Translations under genes and position numbers: made by a program
Notes under the pieces: generated by a model
Told to the model about the DNA's origin: nothing
Database searches by the model: none
What the model saw: only the letters and a program-made list of their open reading frames with translations
Shown: in pieces, positions 23,224 to 32,346 of the stretch
Numbering within the stretch: position 1 is the first letter of the stretch
Layout: each line of letters begins with the position of its first letter
From: a virus
Virus record (IMG/VR): IMGVR_UViG_3300045988_062034
Direction: 5' to 3' (one strand)
Length of the DNA: 43,961 nucleotides

Positions 23224-23623
23224 CTTTCACCGCCTTGTCTGCCACACGGATCCATTTTCCCAAGTTTTCGGCCTTGCTGGCTTCGAACCAGTGGTCCTGG
23301 GCTTGTGCGTGCATCGCCTTGTTGAACACTAGATTTTTGTCCGTCAACACTTTTGTGGTGCCTTTCCGGGCATAACTGCTGCCAGTCTCTGGGTCTACCA
23401 TAAGTTTCCCGTTGTACAGATACCTGGATTGAGGGCCAGGGTAAATAATCAATGGGCCGTCCACTTTCGTTCTTCGGTCAAGGTCTCCGGTCAGAGCCGG
23501 AACAAACGGAGAAGTGTCTTTTTTTACCTGGAGTGCCACAGTATGCTCCGCTTTGGTACATCCCTCAGCCAGTTTGTCCTTGATTGACTCCAAGCCATCG
23601 GTGTGTACCGTGAATTTCGGCAT
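23213..23623 (-). CDS. Head-tail joining (HK97 gp10-like, minor capsid) protein
   Basis: Gene order. SD ggagg upstream of ATG 23623. Confidence 0.5.
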   Translation of the reverse strand: MPKFTVHTDGLESIKDKLAEGCTKAEHTVALQVKKDTSPFVPALTGDLDRRTKVDGPLIIYPGPQSRYLYNGKLMVDPETGSSYARKGTTKVLTDKNLVFNKAMHAQAQDHWFEASKAENLGKWIRVADKAVKDDL

Positions 23624-23624
23624 T

Positions 23625-24077
23625 TCAGACGCCTCCGACTTCCCAATGGGACATATCTCCGCCAAAATTCTTGAAGTCCACCTTGGTCACGTCATACACG
23701 TCATCGGAGGCAGCCTCTATGGTCTGCACTGTCCAGTCCGGGTGTACAGCCTCGCCCTTGACGAAAAAGCAGTTTCGGCCCACAGAGAGGGTCCACAGGG
23801 CGGATTTATCCTCTGTCCTCCAGAACTCAATAGGACCGATATACCGCTTTGCCGCACCGGTCACGCCGTCCACGGCCTCCACACTGACCGGAATATAGAG
23901 GGTTACCGCGTCCGCTCCCTCCAAGCCGCTTTTCGTCACGTTAGAGCCCTTGGAAGCATCTAGGAGGACTCCACGCAGTATGGTGATATGATTGACCATG
24001 GATGGTTCAAAATCGTTCTCCGGGAGCTCTGTGGTCTCTGTGTTATAGACCGTCACAACATGGGGGAACATATCCAC
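23625..24077 (-). CDS. Head closure or head-tail adaptor protein
   Basis: Gene order. GTG start after gggggtg. Confidence 0.5.
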   Translation of the reverse strand: MDMFPHVVTVYNTETTELPENDFEPSMVNHITILRGVLLDASKGSNVTKSGLEGADAVTLYIPVSVEAVDGVTGAAKRYIGPIEFWRTEDKSALWTLSVGRNCFFVKGEAVHPDWTVQTIEAASDDVYDVTKVDFKNFGGDMSHWEVGGV

Positions 24078-24498
24078 AGGAGCACCCCCTTCCCCGGTAT
24101 AGGAGACCGGTGGTCCCTAAATACTGCTGGGCGATCGCCGTAAGGGAAGCCTGCGCCGCCTGTGCGGAGGAAAGGGCCTGTTGAGCGCTGTCCCCGCCGC
24201 TGCGGTAGGTCTTGGACCAGCTTCCTACGCTCTGGCTTTGCAGTTCGCCACCGGAGTTCATGGCGGAAGTCAGAGACTTTTGCGCCAGCGCCTGCGCCGC
24301 GTCAATTGACTGGTACTGCTCCGCAATGGCGCAGCAGGCCATTCTCAGCGCGTCCAACTCGCTGTTTGGGGCCGCCCGGCCCTGCGTGTAGTAATCCAGA
24401 AAGGAACTTGCGCGCAGGGCAAGGCGGGAAAACTCGGCCTCCTGAATGGCTGTTCCCAGGTATACAGTTGTATAATACTCATAGTCTGCGTAAGCCAT
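24043..24498 (-). CDS. Head-tail connector (gp6-like)
   Basis: MAYADYEYYTTVYLG... is a typical connector N-terminus. SD aaaggagg. Confidence 0.55.
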   Translation of the reverse strand: MAYADYEYYTTVYLGTAIQEAEFSRLALRASSFLDYYTQGRAAPNSELDALRMACCAIAEQYQSIDAAQALAQKSLTSAMNSGGELQSQSVGSWSKTYRSGGDSAQQALSSAQAAQASLTAIAQQYLGTTGLLYRGRGCSCGYVPPCCDGL

Positions 24499-24512
24499 TG
24501 CAAAGCCTCCTT

Positions 24513-24794
24513 TTAGGTCGATTTTGTGACGTTTACGGAATAAACCTTCTGGGCCGTCCCGTTTTTCACTGTAATGGTTAGGGTGTTTGCCCCGCCGGTC
24601 CAAGTCGCCGCCGCACCGTTGTCAATAGGTGTCTCGCCATTCAGGATGGTAATGGTCGCTGCCTCATCCTCCGGTGTGGCGGTCACTGTATTTGTCGCAT
24701 TTGTGGTTGTGGCTGTGTACTCCGTCGTGTTTGGGTCAAACGTCGGAGTAAGCGTCAGCGCGCCAATCGTCAGCCCCGAGAGGCGCGCGCTCAT
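24513..24794 (-). CDS. Ig-like or cadherin-like beta-sandwich head decoration protein
   Basis: LSGLTIGALTLTPTFDPNTTEYTATT...TLTITV...YSVNV pattern. Confidence 0.6.
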   Translation of the reverse strand: MSARLSGLTIGALTLTPTFDPNTTEYTATTTNATNTVTATPEDEAATITILNGETPIDNGAAATWTGGANTLTITVKNGTAQKVYSVNVTKST

Positions 24795-25759
24795 TCCCCC
24801 GCCGGTGCGTATACAGCAAACGGGAATGCCTTGGTATTCCCGGCATTATAAGCGTTGATGGGGTTGGGAATCTCCCACCCCAGACGCATGACCGCGCGGA
24901 GCGCCACCATATCGTTTTGCATCAGGTTATAAAGGATGTTACCGGTTGTGGGGTCCTGCACCACGCCGCTGTCGAAGATCTTGAAGGTCATATCCTGACG
25001 GATAGCATAAACCAGTTGGCTCCAATCGCCCACAATAGCGAGGGATTCGTCCGGATCATAAGCGCCGTTTACGGGGAAATACATGGACATACCGTCCAAG
25101 GCATAGCGGGTATCTCCCTGCATATCGGTCTTAAAGATGGGCTGTCCGTTTTTGTCTACCAGCCCGCGCAGCTTGGCGCGCATCTGAATGGCAGCCATTA
25201 CGCCGTTGGGGATATAACCGCTCTCCTCCACTTTGGCGATCACGCCGCCCTCGCCCATGATATCCTTAAAAATATCACTAGTGGCAGTTACAACGGCGCT
25301 TGCAGCGGTGGCCGAAGGTACAAGGCCGTCGCGCCAGGAGGTAGGCTTATCCTTGCCATACATAATAGCGGCGTCGATGACCTTTCCGAATGCCTCCTGG
25401 ATACGAGGCCGCGCCTCACCCCAAATGTCGTAGTCGCTGTCGTCCAGCACTGCCTCGGGGATAGGGACAATGACGGCGATCTCCTCAGCGTAAATTTTCT
25501 TTTTGTCCCACGCCATATTGGTTGTCTTTTTTAGGGACGATTTAGAGTCGGTTGCTCCGGTGGCTGCCTCACCGTTGACAAAATAAGCGGTGGGCAGAGC
25601 GTCCAGTACATTGAGGGCCTGCGTCTTGCTAGTCATGTTGGGCAGCCGTCGGGCCATCCGCAGCACAGCGGACTCCGTTACAGCACCCTGGATAATCTCG
25701 CGGGTCACGGGCTCGGGAATAAGCCCGGAAAGTTTGCTTCTGTCGATAATATCGGCCAT
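24791..25759 (-). CDS. Major capsid protein (HK97 fold)
   Basis: 322 aa, downstream of the scaffold gene. Confidence 0.8.
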   Translation of the reverse strand: MADIIDRSKLSGLIPEPVTREIIQGAVTESAVLRMARRLPNMTSKTQALNVLDALPTAYFVNGEAATGATDSKSSLKKTTNMAWDKKKIYAEEIAVIVPIPEAVLDDSDYDIWGEARPRIQEAFGKVIDAAIMYGKDKPTSWRDGLVPSATAASAVVTATSDIFKDIMGEGGVIAKVEESGYIPNGVMAAIQMRAKLRGLVDKNGQPIFKTDMQGDTRYALDGMSMYFPVNGAYDPDESLAIVGDWSQLVYAIRQDMTFKIFDSGVVQDPTTGNILYNLMQNDMVALRAVMRLGWEIPNPINAYNAGNTKAFPFAVYAPAGE

Positions 25760-25774
25760 TGATAGGCTCCTTTC

Positions 25775-26254
25775 TTACTTGAGTGCGCCCCGGATCAGGG
25801 CATTCATTACGTCGTTTTCTCCTGTTTTTTTACTCCCGCCGCCCACGGGAGCGGTCCAGTCGAAGGTTGTTTTCTTTCGGTCAGCGGTCAGGGCATCCAC
25901 GGCCTGCTCGAAGGTGGTCTTGTCGTCCACCATCTTCCCCGCCTTGAAGGCGATAAACTCTGCCTCCTCGCCGGTGATGCCCTTGGACGCAACGTAATAG
26001 CTTCTTTTGAGCTCCTCTAGTTCAGCCTGGGTCGTGGAAAGCGCGCCGGAAGCAGTTTCGGCCTCCGTAGTTTTGGCCTTCAACTGCTTTGCAAGCGAAG
26101 CTGCCTCTGTTGCCTTTGTGTCAAATACATCCTTTTTCACATATCCAGACAGATCAACGGGGTCGGGGATTTGAAAACTGAGCAGCGCCGTTACTTTTTC
26201 GTCGGCGGTCATGCCGTCAAACCCTTCAATAGTGCTTGTATCAATGTTCGCCAT
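25775..26254 (-). CDS. Scaffolding protein
   Basis: Helical and charged, 159 aa. SD aaaggagaag upstream of ATG 26254. Confidence 0.65.
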   Translation of the reverse strand: MANIDTSTIEGFDGMTADEKVTALLSFQIPDPVDLSGYVKKDVFDTKATEAASLAKQLKAKTTEAETASGALSTTQAELEELKRSYYVASKGITGEEAEFIAFKAGKMVDDKTTFEQAVDALTADRKKTTFDWTAPVGGGSKKTGENDVMNALIRGALK

Positions 26255-26413
26255 AATGCTTCTCCTTTGGGTTTTATAGACTTCTCTGTCTTGTGTTTGG
26301 GATTTTCGGCTTCTCTGCCGTTTGGGTTTTAGCGTCTTCTCTGACAAACAAAAAGAGCCATCAACTGCTGATTGTTCAGCAATCAATGGCTCTTGGCTCA
26401 CAGGCTCTTGGCT

Positions 26414-26563
26414 CTATGCAATATTTACTTCAATGTCGTGCTTACAAGCTTTACATCGAAATGGCATATGTTGTATTTTGGTATCTGTTCGGACTGGGAA
26501 AAGAGACTTTCCGCAATGGGGACAGCAATACCACTTTTTCCCGTAAATATCTTCTTTAATCAT
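26414..26563 (-). CDS. Cysteine-rich KTR-type zinc-ribbon protein (49 aa)
   Basis: WYCCPHCGKSLFPVRTDTKIQHMPFRCKACKH. SD ggaggg. Confidence 0.6.
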   Translation of the reverse strand: MIKEDIYGKKWYCCPHCGKSLFPVRTDTKIQHMPFRCKACKHDIEVNIA

Positions 26564-26732
26564 TTTCCCTCCGAGCAAGGGAAAAGGAAGCCACATCTCT
26601 GCGGCCTCCTTCCCTCGTAGTCTGGTTCTTTGGCAGGCGTGGCGTTCTCCTGCATCTCTCGGGTTTCCCCTGTCAATACCATCGGCGTGTGGATGCCACG
26701 AAATTGTCCACCTCAAAGAACCATTCTATTCT
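26564..26732 (-). promoter_or_regulatory. Structured 5' leader of about 165 nt with mutually exclusive hairpins, one of which sequesters the SD and start codon of the KTR gene
   Basis: 9-bp closing helix (26714-26722 with 26624-26632) around several hairpins, including a GAAA tetraloop. Stem 26579-26614 competes with the sequestor 26563-26570/26578-26585. Confidence 0.45.
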
Positions 26733-26738
26733 ACTTGA

Positions 26739-26767
26739 ATTATAGCCGTTTTATTCAGATTTGTAAA
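26739..26767 (-). promoter_or_regulatory. Strong internal sigma70-type promoter at the end of the MuF gene
   Basis: TTTACA, 17-nt spacer, TATAAT, read on the minus strand. Confidence 0.6.
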
Positions 26768-28334
26768 GCATTTTCTTCGTGCGCAAGTATCTTCTGTAAC
26801 GCTTCTCCTCCACTTTGAGAAATGTAATGATAGAGTTCTTATATCCCGGAATGTCCCCCTCAACAGCAAGTCTCAAAATAAGCTGAAATCTTTCATCCGC
26901 CTCTACAAACTCTTTCAAAAGAAATGCTGTATTTGGCTTATTTGCCTCCAGAATATAGTCAGGTTCTTCAACAATCTGTTTGAGATATTGTGAATACCGT
27001 TCAAAATCATTTGGATGGCGCTCTCTAATGTGCTCGATCCGCTCATCAGTAATAATGACTTCATCGGTCTGGATTTTATCTGCGACTACCTTATATTTCT
27101 CAACATCAATTCTTCCGACAGTATGCACAGGAGAACCCCCGCCGTTCGTTTTCTCTATTGTATCACGAACAGCAGGTTTTTCAACTACTTTTACTTCTTC
27201 ATATACCCTCATCCTCTCCATCTGCATCGGCAACCCCGCTTCCTTGCTGAACGCTTTGTATTCTTTGTTCAGCCGCCGGATGCGGGCAGTCACCGCCTGT
27301 GCGTTCTCTGTCAGCCCTGCGGCCTTATATGCTGTCTGTTCACGTTTCAGCTTGCGGACGGTTCGCTCGATCTGCCGCTGTTTCTGTGTGGCCTCATAAG
27401 CCGTGTAGTGCTTTCCCTCAAAGTCCACGTCGTGCCCATCATCTATGTGGGCCAGCTCCTCGTCGGTATATGTGCGCTCCATCACGCCATCCACAAAAGC
27501 AAATCGTTTATGCCGACAGTTAGCACCCTCCAGGCCGTCCACATAGCCAAGCCCACATACCTCGTAGATGCTCGGATATTTGTCCCCGGCCCTGATGGAG
27601 TAAACCCGGCCCTGCCACGCCTTGTGGTTCTGCCAGCCGACGCCGGTATCTCGCGCCCCGATGTGGGCGGATATTTCAAAATAGGGCGTTTCCAAATACT
27701 CCGCACTTTGCTCTGTGTATTTGGCGCAGAGTTGGGACACGCCTGTCATCACTGCCCGGCGGGCAGCCACATCAATGTGGTCACGGTGGCCGCTCTCATA
27801 GTCAACCTTGCGTATTCCGCTGTCTGCAAGCTGTTTGACGGCGTTTTTGATGGCCTGGTTGTACGAGACGGCCCCGCTCATGACCTGCATTTCTGCATTG
27901 TCCAGCGCCCATTGATAGGCCCTCGCCGGGGCCAGCATTGTCCGGCCATTGTCCACCAGAAAGCCCATAGATCGGGTCAGGTTGCCAATTTCTCTCTGCG
28001 CCTGTGCCATAATGGCGGCGATGTCGGCGGCACTCACCAGCGTCTCAGGAGCAGTCACCCCAGTAAGGTCCATGACCTCTTGGTAATACCTTTGGTTGCG
28101 CTCCACAACATCGTCCAGGAGCTTTTCGAGGTCGCTCTGGCTGATGCTTGCGGTGCGCTGGATCGCCTTTTCGATCTCCGTCAGGTCGATGCCGTGGGAG
28201 CGAAGGGCCCGTATGTCCTGCACCGTGACCTCGTTGAGTTGACCGGACAGCTTCAGGCGGGAGCATATCTCGTCAAGGAGGGTTGCCTCCAGGCTGCGGT
28301 AAAGTCCGGCTATTTCTTCCGGGAGGGCGTCCAA
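26751..28334 (-). CDS. Head morphogenesis protein (SPP1 gp7 / Mu F family) fused to a C-terminal PBECR-like (Barnase-EndoU-ColicinE5/D-RelE-like) nuclease domain
   Basis: MuF motifs GWQNHKAWQGRVYS and EGANCRHKRF. C-terminal about 125 aa has DEVIITDERIEHIRERHPNDFERY...RFQLILRL...YKNSIITF. Confidence 0.8.
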   Translation of the reverse strand: MDALPEEIAGLYRSLEATLLDEICSRLKLSGQLNEVTVQDIRALRSHGIDLTEIEKAIQRTASISQSDLEKLLDDVVERNQRYYQEVMDLTGVTAPETLVSAADIAAIMAQAQREIGNLTRSMGFLVDNGRTMLAPARAYQWALDNAEMQVMSGAVSYNQAIKNAVKQLADSGIRKVDYESGHRDHIDVAARRAVMTGVSQLCAKYTEQSAEYLETPYFEISAHIGARDTGVGWQNHKAWQGRVYSIRAGDKYPSIYEVCGLGYVDGLEGANCRHKRFAFVDGVMERTYTDEELAHIDDGHDVDFEGKHYTAYEATQKQRQIERTVRKLKREQTAYKAAGLTENAQAVTARIRRLNKEYKAFSKEAGLPMQMERMRVYEEVKVVEKPAVRDTIEKTNGGGSPVHTVGRIDVEKYKVVADKIQTDEVIITDERIEHIRERHPNDFERYSQYLKQIVEEPDYILEANKPNTAFLLKEFVEADERFQLILRLAVEGDIPGYKNSIITFLKVEEKRYRRYLRTKKMLYKSE

Positions 28335-28833
28335 TAATTCAGGAGAATGGATATTTCATCCGGGCATCACCCCCTTACAAATTGAAGATAGGAAAAACAA
28401 AATCTTGCGGGTGTCTTAGCGCAGAATTATCGAAAAAACGGGCAACAACTCACGGCGCAACGTCGAACCGAAAGAAAGAACGCATATACGACATTTGGAG
28501 GGCAATGAAAGAACGTTGTTACAACCCAAACAATATCAGTTACAAAAATTACGGAGGCAGAGGTATTTGTGTATGCAAAGAATGGCTTGACGATTACACG
28601 TCGTTTAGGTCATGGGCCTTATCTTCTGGCTACGCCGATAATTTGAGCATAGATCGTATTGATTGCGAAAGGGATTATTCGCCGGACAACTGCCGGTGGG
28701 CGAGTAGGAAACAGCATCGCAATGGTCGGAAGAAACAGGGTTAAGCACGGATGCTATTTCCGCAAGAATAAAAAGGCTAGGTTGGAGTCCCGAAGATTCA
28801 TTGACGAAACCGCTTAGAGGAAAGCAAAAATAA
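28283..28833 (+). pseudogene. Decayed homing-endonuclease-associated or AP2-like gene (no credible start, frameshifted C-terminus)
   Basis: Family motifs IYDIWRAMKERCYNPNNISYKNYGGRGICVCKEW...LSIDRIDCERDYSPDNCRW. The ORF stops at 28744, but the expected C-terminal motif (AISARIKRLGWSPEDSLTKPL) continues in the +2 frame to 28833. Confidence 0.6.
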
Positions 28834-28836
28834 CAC

Positions 28837-30255
28837 TCATTCTACTTCTGTTTGACTTTCCGTGGTTAAGTCCTCCATCCGAGGAAGTGCTTTTTTTGCT
28901 TCGTCCGGGCTTTCATTCATCCATTTGGCCCGAAATTCCCAATCGTTCATGATGCCCGCTTGAAGCAACTGCATATCTCTGGAAAAATCTGTCGCTTTGT
29001 CCTCAATAATGCTGTCATCAAAGTCCACAGAGATCTCAATATCCTCATTCAGTCCGGCGTTCATGGACGCGTTGCCCAGGCGGAGGATAATGCGGCACAG
29101 CTCCACCAGCACTTGCTCCAGAATGATTTCATGTTTTTTGATCGTGCGGAACATGGTGGAGTTTTCGCTGATAACTTGTGTCGCCGTGGTGATGCTCCCA
29201 CCATCAAAGCGATAATAGGTCTCTCCGAAACCGCACTTACTGGACAACAAATTGAGCTGGTCCTGGATGCCTGTATTGTGCTCCTGTGTGCGGAGGGTCA
29301 TATCGATTGGGGTAATAACTGCTCCGTCACTCACATCCTCTGGGAGCACATAATAGGCCAAATCGTCGCTGTCAAAGACCGGCTCTCCGTCTAGGTATTT
29401 CATGGCAGATGGCTTGACCATGATGCGCTTTTTCCCTAGGACAAATTCGTTGACGTAACTGTCATAGGCCACGTCTGCGCCCTTTAAAACATCAATGGAA
29501 TTTGCATAGATGGATATTCCAAGTGGGGAATCGTCAAAATTGTTTGCGATATTGGGCCGGTCAATGACAAACCGCCGCCGGTCAGACCCTGTATGTACCA
29601 CCCGTGGCACCCGTTTAAAGTTTGGCACAGAGGTTAAGCCCACTTCGGTGTCCACATTGTTGTTCCGGTATTTATATAGTCGGTTCTCAATGTCATACAG
29701 CCCGTTGACCTTGTGGTGGATTTGCAGGTAACAGTATTGCTCTCCGTTTACGGTAACAATGCTGTCAAAAGCGCACTCCGTAATGATTCCGTTTTGCCAC
29801 GCCAGCGGCCAGATGTGCTCCACGGTCACATAGTCCATCACAATGCCTCTTGCGCTGCCTGGAACGGGCCCAGTCTCCTTTGCCTCCATTCCCACCACAC
29901 GCGGAATAAAAGCCACTGTCCCAAGAGCAAACGCCTTTTCCTGCATCTCGTTTGCTTTGACCAGGAAATTATTTTCAGTGAACACTCGGTCAACGAACGC
30001 CTGCTCTTTCTGCCCCTCTAAAGTGATTTTTACCTTCTCATTCATCAGGAGGTTTGCCCAGTCCTCCGGGATTTTCTTACCCATGTTGAGAGTGTACCGC
30101 TTGCATCGGACCATGCTCGTTCCGTTTCGGACCTTGTACCGGTGGAAGCCCTTCACATCTCCCACATACCAGGACTTCCACTCCTGCACTTTTGTGTAAA
30201 ACTCCTCCGGCACGGTGGCGTAGCCCAGTTGTTTGAGTTTGTCGATTACGTTCAA
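28837..30255 (-). CDS. Portal protein (SPP1 gp6-like)
   Basis: 472 aa, directly downstream of TerL. Confidence 0.8.
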   Translation of the reverse strand: MNVIDKLKQLGYATVPEEFYTKVQEWKSWYVGDVKGFHRYKVRNGTSMVRCKRYTLNMGKKIPEDWANLLMNEKVKITLEGQKEQAFVDRVFTENNFLVKANEMQEKAFALGTVAFIPRVVGMEAKETGPVPGSARGIVMDYVTVEHIWPLAWQNGIITECAFDSIVTVNGEQYCYLQIHHKVNGLYDIENRLYKYRNNNVDTEVGLTSVPNFKRVPRVVHTGSDRRRFVIDRPNIANNFDDSPLGISIYANSIDVLKGADVAYDSYVNEFVLGKKRIMVKPSAMKYLDGEPVFDSDDLAYYVLPEDVSDGAVITPIDMTLRTQEHNTGIQDQLNLLSSKCGFGETYYRFDGGSITTATQVISENSTMFRTIKKHEIILEQVLVELCRIILRLGNASMNAGLNEDIEISVDFDDSIIEDKATDFSRDMQLLQAGIMNDWEFRAKWMNESPDEAKKALPRMEDLTTESQTEVE

Positions 30256-31493
30256 GCGGTCACCCCCATTCTGCGGAACGCGCGCTCCAGCGCATACCGT
30301 GTCGCGTCGATCAGATGGTTATTCTCGTCAGGATACCCGCTGATGATGTCCCCATCCTTGTTGCGCTCGTATTCGTAGTTTACAAACTCGTCATAGGCAT
30401 TCGGCGTCCTGCGACGGTCAATTACGATCCTCCGGCGCTGAAGCCACTTCATGCTGTATTCCACACTCCCAGGCCCTTTGATTGCCTCTTTGGCCGGGAG
30501 GCCCATCGCCCGATAGTCTGCTGATGATTTAGGCTCTGCGCTGTCGCAGGTAATGTAAGCATCCTTGTATCCTCTGGAAAGAATCAACTTCGCGCTCTCC
30601 TCGTTGGTCAGCTTATTTTGGTATATCTCGTCCATTAGGTATATTGTCTCCCTGGCTCGGTCATAGTGGAGACGGATAAAGGCAAATGGGTCTGGGAACC
30701 AGCCCCAGTCCACACCCTGATAGATGCGGTCAAACCGAGACGTCTCTTCATCCGTGATTTCCCGCAGCTCCAGATTTTCAAACACATTTCCGCCAGTCCC
30801 GACAGCTTCGCCCAAGTACTCATGCCGGTATGCTCGCTCATCTGTTTCCTTTAGGTGTTCGGCCTCTGCTAAAAACTGCGCCCCCAGCCATTCAGGCGGG
30901 GCCTCCAGGTATGTACTCTTGTGGCACAGCCGGTCCGTCCGCTCCTCCAGGCTGTCCTTATTGGCCCAGTTGTCCCGGCTGATCGGCGGGTTGTAGCTCT
31001 CAAAATTCCAAAATTTGGAGCCTCCGCGCATGGTGGATTGTAGGATAGTGCGGATTTCAGCTCGCCCAGCAAACTGGTCTTTTTCCTCAAAGTGTGTGAC
31101 AGCGATATAGCCAAACGGCACCTTGATAGACTTGATCTTCATGGGATCGTCAGCACCACGGAACATAATCTTCTGCCCGGTCGGCCTATAAATCAGCTCC
31201 ATTGGCTGGACTTTGGCATCCCAATACTGCGCCATGCCCAGCTCTCCAATTGCCCAAAGATACTGAGCATACACGCTGTCCCGAATGGTGTTTGCCACCT
31301 TGCGGAGCACCAATGCATGAGTACACGGATTATTTATCAAAAGCAATGGGACCAGCAATGACACACAAGATGATTTCAGGGAGCCACGCCCACCGGAAAG
31401 GTCGTAGTGAGTGTGCCCGTGCTGGAACACGTCACGGGCTAGCAAGTGGAAAGCGGGGCCAATAACAGAAGAAAGCCGCACCTCAGACATCAA
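30252..31493 (-). CDS. terL: Terminase large subunit (PBSX-type)
   Basis: Walker A GGRGSLKS. C-terminal nuclease motifs DWGW...DP and NHLIDATRYA. Confidence 0.9.
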   Translation of the reverse strand: MMSEVRLSSVIGPAFHLLARDVFQHGHTHYDLSGGRGSLKSSCVSLLVPLLLINNPCTHALVLRKVANTIRDSVYAQYLWAIGELGMAQYWDAKVQPMELIYRPTGQKIMFRGADDPMKIKSIKVPFGYIAVTHFEEKDQFAGRAEIRTILQSTMRGGSKFWNFESYNPPISRDNWANKDSLEERTDRLCHKSTYLEAPPEWLGAQFLAEAEHLKETDERAYRHEYLGEAVGTGGNVFENLELREITDEETSRFDRIYQGVDWGWFPDPFAFIRLHYDRARETIYLMDEIYQNKLTNEESAKLILSRGYKDAYITCDSAEPKSSADYRAMGLPAKEAIKGPGSVEYSMKWLQRRRIVIDRRRTPNAYDEFVNYEYERNKDGDIISGYPDENNHLIDATRYALERAFRRMGVTA

Positions 31494-31863
31494 TAATCAC
31501 CTGCACCTTGCCCTCTTCCCCTTCGCTCTTGACGAGCGCCCATTTATCAATCAGCGTCCCGATTGCCGTAGTGACCTCGGAAGCAGTTTTTGCGGTTTGG
31601 ATCTTCTCCGGCAGCACGGCAAGGCCCACCTCGATGATGTCGCAGACCTGCTTTCTCCGGCTGTCCATATAGGCCAGGATGTCGGCGGTGTTCTCCTCTT
31701 TTTTTCGTTTGAGATTTTCGGTGATCCCTTGAGATTCTTCAATAACTCGTCTGACTGTCTGTCCGCAGACTCCATTTTTTTTTGCCGTGGCGTTATAGCT
31801 CTCGGTTTCCAGATAATCAGCCACTATTTTCTTTTTTTGCCTATCCGTCAGCCGTGCAGCCAT
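31483..31863 (-). CDS. terS: Terminase small subunit (HTH type)
   Basis: ARLTDRQKKKIVADYLETESYNATAKKNGVCGQTVRRV. SD gagaggtgg upstream of ATG 31863. Confidence 0.7.
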   Translation of the reverse strand: MAARLTDRQKKKIVADYLETESYNATAKKNGVCGQTVRRVIEESQGITENLKRKKEENTADILAYMDSRRKQVCDIIEVGLAVLPEKIQTAKTASEVTTAIGTLIDKWALVKSEGEEGKVQVIIDV

Positions 31864-32346
31864 GATCGCCACCTCTCATATAGTTTCATTTTATTGAGGA
31901 GAGAGCGGACCCCGCTCCCCGCCCTCTCCTGATTTGCTGTGGGCCACCCGCCGCAGCTCGGGGCACATCCATAGGGCCGCCCATATCCTCATGCAGATAG
32001 GAGCGGCATATATGCGCTGTCCCATTTAGATTGTCACACCTTGCGCCCAAAGCCGACCTACGGCTCTGGATGGTACGCACGGCAGTTTTCAGCGGGATAG
32101 CGCCGCATGGGATAGCCTCTGTCTCCCATCTTCCGCCCCGAGGCAGGAGCGGGCGTCTTGGCCCTTCTCCGGGCCCATCAGACGCTCTAGGGTCACCGGT
32201 ATAGTGTCTTTCCACAGTCAGCCCCGTGTACTTTGGAGCGGTTTGATTTTGCAGGGGCAGCCTCGAAAGGCATCCCTGCGCATTACCCCCAGGTTATACG
32301 CCTAACCCCCGATTGTGGGGAGGCCTCGCAAGGGAGTTGTTTAAGT

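Noticed and set aside
26564-26732. Assignment of the leader to a known riboswitch class (c-di-GMP, guanidine/ykkC, ZTP, SAM, TPP and others)
   Set aside because: Only loose resemblances were found (a GAAA tetraloop and a CCCGAGAG string). None of the class-defining conserved cores I can recall is present, so it is reported only as an unclassified structured leader.
31886-32215. 109-aa minus-strand ORF in the terS upstream region
   Set aside because: It is Arg/Gly/Pro-rich with no SD and an alternative start codon. It sits in a region dominated by stable hairpins. I treat the region as non-coding.
31864-32346. Possible tmRNA, group II intron domain V or hammerhead ribozyme downstream of the tRNA-like element
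   Set aside because: There is no tmRNA-type 5' acceptor half or plausible tag ORF ending in hydrophobic residues. GAGCCGUAGGUCGGCU is only a simple hairpin, not a domain V. The CUGAUGG...CAAGAC segment lacks the CUGAUGA/GAAA core and folds as a plain extended hairpin.
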